Source of the DNA: Macrostomum lignano
Taxonomy: Eukaryota
Assembly: GCA_002269645.1 (NCBI GenBank)
Contig: NIVC01003521.1
Span: 1 to 64,000, forward strand
Length of the DNA: 64,000 nt
Direction of reading: 5' to 3'
In this document: in pieces, positions 54,155 to 64,000 of the stretch
Layout: every line of letters begins with the position of its first letter
How positions within the stretch are numbered: position 1 is the stretch's first letter
Notes under the pieces: model-generated
Database searches by the model: none
Told to the model about the DNA's origin: nothing
The model's input: only the letters and a program-made list of their open reading frames with translations
Translations under genes and position numbers: made by a program

Positions 54155-55668
54155 TTTCGGATGCGTCAAAATGATTTACGCGTTTGTTTTTCTTAATTAA
54201 GACAAATCTTTAAACATCTCTTTGCGCGTCATAATCAACGACAAGTCTACATCAGGAGTTTTGTCTATGGTTTTAGGAGTAGGCTTGTTGTCTATGGTAA
54301 AATCCCCTTTACGAGTACGGATACAGATATGCAAACGTACAAAGATACTTATATACTTTAAGCTCGATGTGTATGATTCTGCTACCTTCTTCGTAGCTTA
54401 TTTTAATTTTTTGAAGCCATTTCGAAGTCTCTGAATACAGGCAGAGATTTGCTTCTGCATAGATGCAAAGAACTAGCATTTCTAGCATTTTACCATTAGA
54501 CGATAAGCCTCGCGACGGGGATCTCGCGAGGCGAATTTGTCCTCCTAAATTTGAGGCATTCATTTATCAGCTAATAGATCTTTTTTAAAAGTTCGTTTTG
54601 CTTCCCCTTAACCGTGACTTTTGTTTGGCTGTAAGGTGCCGTATGGACGATATTGTGTAATTTCTTTTCATTCCTATAGAACGGAGTGCATGCATTAGAT
54701 AATTATTATTTTTCAACCCATTTATTTCTGTCTAATGCAATGTGACTATTAACATATTAGTAATATTTAATTACGACTCATTACTCAGCACACGTCTCTC
54801 TTCTCTTCTCTCCTGCCCTGTATCCGACATTTCTGTATAGGGTAAATTGTTAAGCGCTCTAGTCTCTTCATTAGCCTGTCTACGTGCTTTCCACCTCGCC
54901 CCCCCCCCCCCCAATGGAAATAGCCAATTACACTGAAAAACTTTCAGCAAACACTCCACGCAACCGAACTGAGTCTTAAGGCATACAGTTTAGCGTCAAA
55001 CCCTCTTCTAGTTTATTTTCCGATGAGATGCAATGTCGAACTACTTTGCAACATAAGAAATAGCCAAGCTGTGCCAAGCCTCAGCTTCTACAAGACTTTG
55101 CGTTTTTCTAATTTTAGCATTGCAACAGATGGCTAGAAAACGTCATAGTGATGCTAGCACGAGAAGCGATAATGCACAAGTTAAGCAAAACAAGCCATGC
55201 GACAATTTCAGTAGAGAGAATCTGACAGCTTGGAAAAAATATAAGATTTGAGCGAATACATTTAGTATATCTGTTATGTCTGCCTAAGTAAAAGAAAATA
55301 GATATTCTTGCACAATTATCCTACAAGCGTAGAGATCAAGTGCAGCATTAACATTTTTAGCAGTTAATAATTAAATAACGTGGCAGAACTCTGCGTAGCA
55401 TTGTCAAGAAGCAGCATAGCGGCACAGTACAAAGATACAGGAGAATCTATAGTTAAAACCAAAAAATGACGCTTAAACAAGTCAGTCGTAAAACACCCTA
55501 AGTAATCCATACTAAGTACAGTGGATGGGCAACTCTGCAGAAAATAGCTGTTGTCTATGGCTTCAAGTCGGAAAAAACATTACATGCGTTATCTAAATGA
55601 GAGCAGTATCGTACTGTGAACCTTGTTCTGTATGTATAGTTTGCTGTCCGTAGCAGTTCGTCCATAAA

Positions 55669-56187
55669 TCAGGCATACTGGGGCGGATAGGCCGGCGGCG
55701 GACCCGGCGGGTAGGCGGTGTCCGGCTGGGTCGCCCCGGGCGCTACCGGCGGGTACATCTGGCTCTCGCTGTAGTTCGGCGGCTTCATCTGCAGCTGAGC
55801 GGGATACTGCTGCTGCTGCGGATTCGTAGGATAGGCGCCGTTGCTGCTGCTGGCAGGTGGCGGGATGGTCATGACCGCTCCCGTAGTGGCCGGTCTGACG
55901 CTTCGCTTATTGGCAGACTTGCAGACACAGCAGACTACAACGATGACAGTCACAACGACACCGATGAACACCAAGGCGCCAACAATGGCTCCAGCGATGC
56001 AGCCAACTGAGCAGGAGAGGTAATAGTAGGAGTAGGAGCTTCTGTACGAGTAGCTTCTGTAGTACGAGTACGAGTATCTGTATGAAGAATAATAATATGT
56101 GTAGTAAACTGCATCCACAGCCTGCAGTAGAAGCAGAAAGCAGATCAGATAAGCCGGCAGCAGAGCAGCTCTGATTCCGAACGTCAT
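55669..56187 (-). CDS. Tyr-rich single-pass membrane protein with Pro-rich PPxY tail (CYYR1/Shisa-like), paralog A
   Basis: Signal peptide, Y/S-rich ectodomain, TM segment followed by CCVC, and PPNY/PPPAY motifs; intronless. Confidence 0.85.
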   Translation of the reverse strand: MTFGIRAALLPAYLICFLLLLQAVDAVYYTYYYSSYRYSYSYYRSYSYRSSYSYYYLSCSVGCIAGAIVGALVFIGVVVTVIVVVCCVCKSANKRSVRPATTGAVMTIPPPASSSNGAYPTNPQQQQYPAQLQMKPPNYSESQMYPPVAPGATQPDTAYPPGPPPAYPPQYA

Positions 56188-58909
56188 TGTGCTCAGGAAA
56201 TTAATCGAATATGCGAGTCGTTACGGTTGCAGCTTTAGCGCAGAATCTGTCTAGCGTCGTCACTGTGCGCCTTGGCTACAAATATCTTTTTTGGGCCCAA
56301 AACTGCTGCGCCCGCCCGCGCTGGCTTTATTGACCCTCGGTAACCATTGGATTCGAGCCAACTCAAGCCTACTCAAACCAAGTCTACCTTCTCTCTGTCT
56401 GCCTTTATTCTGCATGCATCCATCCCCTGCTTCTCTTAGATATTTTTATCACACTGCAGCTTGTACATGTATGCACCTCTAACCAAGCTCTGTTGGTTAC
56501 AGAAACTCGGTAAAAACGTACTGATGTGAGCTGCCTGACATTAATACAGAACAATGCTACGCTTGATTTTTACACTAGTTAGCTATCTAGCAATGCTTGC
56601 TCAAGAAAAAGAAACCATCTCTTTTTGTCAATTTTCCGCTATTAACGTTATAGAACGTACTGTAATATCCTACAGTTTAATTTGATTCGTTTGACGACTC
56701 TATTCTGTGATTGAGGCGATAAAAATGCACGATTCAAACACTATAAGCTTCTGCAACTTTGTAGTTCGTCTACCTTGTCGATCTCGTCCCGCATGACGTT
56801 CACAAAGATACGAGACTAAACGTCTCCGGCTGGTCTGGGCTGTCTTTCGTTCTGGGTAGGCAGTCCTGCAGTCGGAAGCCCTACCAGACGCCAGAGGGCG
56901 GGTTTGTTCCAGGTGGTGTTCTGAATGGGGATCATGGCTAGAGCGCTGTTCCGCTTTACAACGAACGTATGCAACGAGCGAAAAACTACAGTGGCACTAA
57001 AGGAGCTGTCGTGGTGGATGACTCCAGCCTGGCTAGCCACATCATCCGTGCCGAGTCAATTTAACAAAAGTTTTTTTTATTTTACAGTGCTCCAATTTTG
57101 AAACAGCTCACTGTTTAGAGCAGACAGGTCGAACAGCAACTGACAGAATGACTCAAGAGCAAACAGTCTATGGCCAACTTGGCTGTCTAGGCCTTCGTTT
57201 TTCGTCACTAAATGCTTTAATCAATATTATCCTTATTGTCTAGCAATTTGACGATCATTATTCACAGTTTTAATGCAGAACATTTCATTGTTTAGCAATT
57301 TGACGATCATTCTTCACATTTTTAATGCAGAACAATCCATTACTACAAACAATGCATTGTCTGTAGGATCGTCAAACAGAAAAACAATGCAAAGAATCAG
57401 CGGTCGCAGCACGTGACAACGATTTGTCTTATGGCTCGCGCCTACCGGCGCTCGCCAGACAATCGTTGTCACGCACTGGGACCACTGATCATTTATCCAT
57501 TGTCTCCTTTGTTAGTTAAGTTAAAAAAGAGTCAAATAATCAAATAATCAGAAACAATATCAACACAAACAAAGTTGTAACACGGAAATTCTGGCAAAAT
57601 AATTCACATCAGGGTAGCAGTAAGGGGATAAAAGTGATTCTTTAGTATCTTCTTGCTCCTCCCTGTGCAGCGATGGCAGCGTCGCAACGAGAACGCACGA
57701 GCCGCAGCACTCTGCTCACAATGGGCTGCGGTATCGCTGCCCGATCCTTTGCAATAGCAGGAGTCAGTGCTGCAAGGTTCGTGATATTCCTTGGAACAAG
57801 CCTTCTTCCCATCTCATCCCACAGGTTGCTTGATTGAATTTAAGTCCGGGCTTTTGGCTGACCAATCCATATCAACGTATTGTTGTTGCTGCCCCATGAA
57901 GCTGCTGCACATCCGCACAGCGACGCGAGCTTGCGTTATTATCTTGCAGTATGAAGAAGTCGGGACCCATGCTTGCTAGTCCAAAGGGTAGAGTACAGAA
58001 TTTCTGCGTACCCATGATTAGTGAGTGTCCCATTGATAAACTTCAGTTGCAGACAGATGGCTTCATGAAGCAGCTGTCTAACTCATAACGAAGCTACCGT
58101 TTCAAGCACGTATTGCTATCGTATATCGCGTATTCTTGTCTCGACTCCACTTGGAGTTTGTCAGCGCGGGAAGAAAGCTGACCCGTAGACTGCTTGCTTT
58201 TGAGTCATTCTGACACTTTTTCATTCGACCTGCCACGGAAGAATTATTCATACAAGACTGCTGAATCGAATATTTTTTATAAAATCGATGCAAGAATGAA
58301 GATGGCATTAGACTACTCTTGTTGTGAAGCACTCTTGTTGCATCAGCTGTTAGAATCTGATGCGAATAAATGCTGTTTACCGGTGTTTTAAGATTCAAGT
58401 TTTGTGAATTTCGATAGAAACTCACTCCACGTAACGTTAAAATTCATCACTGGTAATCTTGGTGAGCTATTGCTACACTGTATAGTTGGTCGATACTACT
58501 GGCCATAGTTTCACAACAAAAGTAGTGCGCACGAATTTTAATTCGGCTTCATGAAAATTGTTTGATTTGGCATTCTGTATGATTTCTGTGCTGTCTGCGC
58601 TAGACGGTGAGCTGTTCAGATCCATTCAAGAAAATTTTTTTTTAATGTTGTAAAAATGTTTTTAAAATGTTGTAAAAATTCTCTGCTTTCATTGGCCCTA
58701 ATTTACATTTTCATAGGCCAAGATTTACATCTTATTCAAAATAAAAGAGTTCGACGTTCATAGTCTATGGCAATTGTGGTGGCTTGACATCTCCATTATT
58801 TCAGAGTCTAGGTCCGTGATTGTGTGTACTTCTGCGTCATGTATATTGTACTATGTATCTGCCCGCTCTGCGAAGTTGAGGACCTTTACCGAAGTTTAGT
58901 GCCAGTCGG

Positions 58910-59093
58910 CCATTGCCGGCTGATTTTCCGTGCAGGAATGGCATTCTTGCTCAAAAATTTAATGCACAAAACCGTGCAGGAATGCATTTCTGCGCCTAAC
59001 GCTTTTTCAGTGAGACTTTACCATAGAAATCCATTCCCGCACGCAAAAGAGTGCAAGAATGCCATTCCTGCATGGAAAATCAGCCGACAATGG
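58910..59093. mobile_element. Short MITE-like element with 41-bp TIRs
   Basis: ccattgccggctgattttccgtgcaggaatggcattcttgc (58910-58950) versus its reverse complement at 59053-59093, 2 mismatches. Confidence 0.7.
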
Positions 59094-59813
59094 GATTCCT
59101 TCACGTTCACTCGTGCAGATGTCATTCCCGCACTCGTGGCCGTGCAGGAACCATTCAGTTCGCTCGTACTTGTGCAATATTTTGGAATTTGAAAAGATGC
59201 GCTTTTGAAAATTTTAAGTTTGGGGTATTACCACAAACAAAACTCTACCGTCGAGAAAGAGAGTAAACATGGGGTCAGAATACCTGAAATTTCTCTGGAA
59301 GGAGGCGAATCTGTCAGACAACAAATGCGTTTTTTGAATCCTAAACAGGCCTCTGGAGAAAAAAACAAGCCATTTGGGCGCTTCCATTGCATACTTTAGG
59401 CTTTTGTCCATATTGCACAATCTAAGCCAGCACTGTTCTACTGTTGTTCTACTTGAGTACTGCGCCCAGATTGAGACTAAACCGAGTTGCTGCAGACAAT
59501 TGAGCCAGGTTGGAGCTGTATATACAGCACAGCGAGTTCACCTATTTATCCACAATGAGAGGCGAGAGATAGATGCACACAGAATAAAGGTGGACAGCAA
59601 GGTAGCCTTGGTAGTCTCAAGTTGGAACGAAAAAGACCAAAAAATGTCAACAGGGCCAGCATGGGCGGGCAAAGTATTTAAAATGGCGCAGGGCGCAGCC
59701 GTTTCGGGTCCAGAAAAATAACAGCCAAGGCGCACAGTGACGACGCTAGACAGATTCTGCGCTAAAAGCTGCAACCGTAACGACTCGCATATTCGATTAA
59801 TTTGCTGAGCACA

Positions 59814-60302
59814 ATGATTTTCGAAATCAGAGCTGCTCTGCTGCCGGCTTATCTGCTCTGCTTTCTGCTTCTGCTGCAGGGTGCTGATGCACTTTACAAT
59901 TTTTATTATTCTTCTTACAGAAGCTCGTTCTACAGGAGCTACAGGAGTTCAAGCTGCACAACGACGAATTGCATCGCTGGAGTCGTTGTTGGAATCTTGG
60001 CGTTCGTCGTTATCATTGTGGCTTTCTTCGTTGTATACTGCTGCTTCTGCAAGTCGACCAAAAAGCAAAGCGTCAGACCGGCCACTACGGGCGCGGTAAT
60101 GACCACCCCGCCACCTGCCAGCAGCAGCAACGGCGCCTATCCTACGAATCCGCAGCAGCAGCAGTATCCCGCTCAGCTGCAGATGAAGCCGCCGAACTAC
60201 AGCGAGAGCCAGATGTACCCGCCGGTAGCACCCGGGTCGACCCAGCCGGACACCGCCTACCCGCCGGATCCGCCGCCGGCCTACCAGCCTCAGCAGGCCT
60301 GA
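59814..60302 (+). CDS. Tyr-rich single-pass membrane protein (CYYR1/Shisa-like), paralog B, inverted duplicate of 55669-56187
   Basis: Same architecture as paralog A; cytoplasmic tail nearly identical; about 130 nt of upstream sequence is also duplicated. Confidence 0.85.
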   Translation: MIFEIRAALLPAYLLCFLLLLQGADALYNFYYSSYRSSFYRSYRSSSCTTTNCIAGVVVGILAFVVIIVAFFVVYCCFCKSTKKQSVRPATTGAVMTTPPPASSSNGAYPTNPQQQQYPAQLQMKPPNYSESQMYPPVAPGSTQPDTAYPPDPPPAYQPQQA

Positions 60303-60654
60303 TGAGTGGCTGACACAGAGAGTTGTGTCTTTTTAGTCCAGAAAATAAGTCTGTGACAAAAGGCTGACAAGTATTGTCAAATTTAGTTTTACTGACCAAG
60401 TTTACAGTGCTACTGCTTTACGTCCGTCCCAAGAGACGCCCGCAGCCGGTTCTCTGTTAAAAATAGTGTCTGTACAAAATGTTTTCTTTATTAATGGTTT
60501 TGTGGTCACGTCTGATCCATCATCACCCGTGATAGTTTCGTGGTATATTTTGCATATTTTTGACTATGCTTATGCAGTCTCACTCTGTGGTGTTTATTTG
60601 TCACGTGCAAATATTCACTGTAAAGACAGTTATGCAATAAATTAAGTTAAGAAG

Positions 60655-61756
60655 GGGGGGGTTTCACAAACTCGAAATTTCACAACGTCGAAAGCACCCT
60701 CTTTCATAAGGTCGAAATTTCACAAGGTCGAAATTTCATAACATCGAAAACTCGAAAAGCAGCCACTTTCATAAGGTCGAAATTTCACAAGGTCGAAATT
60801 TCACAACATCGAAAACTTTAGCAAGAGACTTCATAAGGTAGAAATTTCACAAGGTCGAAATTTCACAACATCGAAAACTCGAAAAGCAGCCACTTTCATA
60901 AGGTCGAAATTTCACAAGGTCGAAATTTCACAACATCGAAAACTCGAAAAGCAGCCACTTTCATAAGGTAGAAATTTCACAACATCGAAAACTCGAAAAG
61001 CAGCCACTTTCATAAGGTAGAAATTTCACAACATCGAAAACTCGAAAAGCAGCCACTTTCATAAGGTAGAAATTTCACAACATCGAAAACTTTAGCAAGA
61101 GACTTCATAAGGTCGAAATTTCACAAGGTCGAAAACTCAAATAGCAGCCACTTTCATAAGATCGAAATTTTACAATGTAAAAACTGAGAATTTAGCAGCT
61201 TCAAGTATGAAAATATCAAAATTTTACAATGTAGAAAACTAAAGTCTTTATTGTGTCAATGTTTATATTATTATATTTTGTTTTAATAGCTTTGGTTCAG
61301 AGAAGTTTTTAATCACCTCTTCTTTAAGTAGTTCAACGTCAAGGAGTGCTGAGTGCTCTGCTAAGTGTCTTATCACTACTGGGACGATGGGTTAGTTTAC
61401 ATAAGCTGTAAGTTTAGCTATATAGTTGGGAAGCATTTTGGAATTAGAGCAGTAAAAAGCACCTAAAATTTGGTATCAGAAGTAGGATAAATTTAGGGGA
61501 AAAGAGAAAAACTTTGAAAAGAGAAAAAAGCCCTATAACTTTGGCAATGACTGGTTAGGATAAATTGGACTAAGTGACAAACAGAAAAACACCTACAACA
61601 TATATAGGCCTACTAAACAACAATAGAATATAGAAAAGCCTCGAAGGCTTACAATTATTAAGTCTTCTGCTAGAGTTTTCGATGTTGTGAGGTTTCGACC
61701 TTGTGCAATAATTTGCTTTTCGACGTTGTGAAATTTCGACCTTGTGAAAGCACCCT
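60655..61756. mobile_element. Foldback-type non-autonomous DNA transposon with subterminal tandem repeats and 8-bp TSD
   Basis: TIR ggg...tttcacaa..tcgaaatttcacaacgtcgaaa at both ends; array of aaggtcgaaatttcacaac at 60660-61200; TSD ttaagaag at 60647-60654 and 61757-61764. Confidence 0.8.
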
Positions 61757-61908
61757 TTAAGAAGTGACATTGATTTTCTCGTGTTTAAGTAATTTTAATG
61801 AAGACAAAAAATGAAAATTGACACCAGATAAATGGCTTGGTAAATGTTGAACTCAGGAGTGTTCTAAATATATTTTCTCCACTTGAGCTCTTTGCACGGT
61901 TTCTATGC

Positions 61909-62274
61909 TTACTCCTGAACTGAGACTGGGCACGCAACTTGTAGCTGCAGGGGGCTCCTGGAGTCCGGATGCAGCGCAGAGGCGTTGCTACCCCATTCCG
62001 CTAAAAAACCCCTGGCAACCACGGGCAGCTGGTGCTGCGGTGTCGCGCAGGGAGATCCGGTGTTGCCGGTGTCCACAGCGCGATCCAGAAAGTGGATGGT
62101 CGCTCGCCCGGTAGATTCTCGGGATTGAAAACGTCGGAGAGGTCCAGGTTTGGGCCGAGATAGGTCAGCAAAGATGGAGTCTTCACTACGGATATTCCAC
62201 TGGAGGTAACAATGCCTAGCGAGGCAGCCATATTCGTACATGTAGTCTTCGCAGTCAACCGTTTTGTTAATCTG
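61909..62274 (-). CDS. Possible terminal exon of a minus-strand gene; product unknown
   Basis: Candidate acceptor ccaacag|att, then a GC-richer [29 protein letters not shown]...VQE*. No upstream exon identified inside the window. Confidence 0.35.
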   Translation of the reverse strand, partial: QINKTVDCEDYMYEYGCLARHCYLQWNIRSEDSIFADLSRPKPGPLRRFQSRESTGRATIHFLDRAVDTGNTGSPCATPQHQLPVVARGFLAEWGSNASALHPDSRSPLQLQVACPVSVQE

Positions 62275-62945
62275 TTGGATTGGGGTTTTGGGAATCTCCG
62301 TAAATCAAGGCGACAGGTTAATTGACCTGGAAGCTTTTACGCTGGCACTAACAAATAATGAAGAAAATACTTCAGACAGTCATTGAGACAAAAATTGAAA
62401 GAATACTGCCATTGCAAGCTCATCTTGGCCCCATAGTTTCGCTCATTTGGCTAGCCAATTTTCGGCAAGACTAGGCCCTACAAAACTTTTACAGGAAATA
62501 CATACGGTTGTTCTTAAGTTGAGCTGCCTGAAATTAGTTTGAAGCAATCATGCATGGCTTAATTGTCTGGTCGACATTACATTGAACTCCATAGCTTTAC
62601 TTCATTCACAGATATTCCAACGAGAGCAAAACCATTTAGAAGTACATTGAGGGATAGGAAAAGTGTTACATTTTGAATTCCGCTTGTCCGCCAGTTCTCC
62701 GTACTAGTTGTTTTTCAAAATCTGAACCGAGAAACTTGTAGAATCATGGCTGAAAAAATTGCAGCTTCACGCATTGAACACGCGTCTTCAGTGTGATGTC
62801 GCGTGCAAATCAACTTCCTTTCAGTTATCCAATTGCTTGAACTCAAGCCCTCCCGAATTTTCAAAGTACGGAATTAGAGAACTCTAAGAATTGGTGTAAT
62901 TACGAGCTTGTAGAGAAGATGATGACAAAAGCATTTTAGAAAAAA

Positions 62946-63666
<721 letters not shown>

Positions 63667-64000
63667 ATGCATTAAATAAACCAATAAATGCATTTAGCAG
63701 CTTTTTGCTTGGGTAGACATGATTTTATTTGAAATATAATTATATTGTTAGACATCTGTGAGGAAAATAATATCATTTATTTCATGTCAAATTATCGCAC
63801 AGGGTATCAATAGGCATTCGTAATCAAGAATAATTTGACGCACGCGTAAATATATGTAAATGAAACTAAAAACAAACTACTTTACAACTGTCCCATAAAC
63901 GATGACAGATGTCTATGCGTCTCATGAAAACTGTTAGTCGTGAGTCAACGTAAACCTCTAGAATTCATAAATAGACGTTGGAAGTATTGCGTTCTTTTAT

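Overview
This is eukaryotic (metazoan) genomic DNA: GC-rich coding exons in AT-rich spacers, with almost every larger intron filled by its own tandem-repeat array. That style, plus a tegument-allergen-like (TAL) EF-hand pair, suggests a free-living flatworm such as Macrostomum (inference only). Exon structures were built by hand from GT-AG sites and frame checks. Genes found: NDUFV3-like, a CNG channel alpha subunit, PITPNC1 (8-nt microexon, plus a nested unknown ORF), a WASP-family gene (apparent frameshift), UXT, SGK3, a divergent PP1-like phosphatase, a divergent histone H2B, a phospholipid scramblase, a basigin-like Ig protein and an inverted pair of Tyr-rich single-pass membrane proteins. 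There is also an internally deleted mariner, two tRNA-derived SINE families, several MITE/foldback elements and about 25 minisatellites. The best novel candidate is at 39993-44768: two canonical EF-hands splice in frame onto a complete ribosomal protein eL6 (RPL6), predicting a Ca2+-binding ribosomal protein. The alternative reading is an EF-hand/RPL6 operon resolved by spliced-leader (SL) trans-splicing. No database searches were run; homology calls come from recognised motifs.
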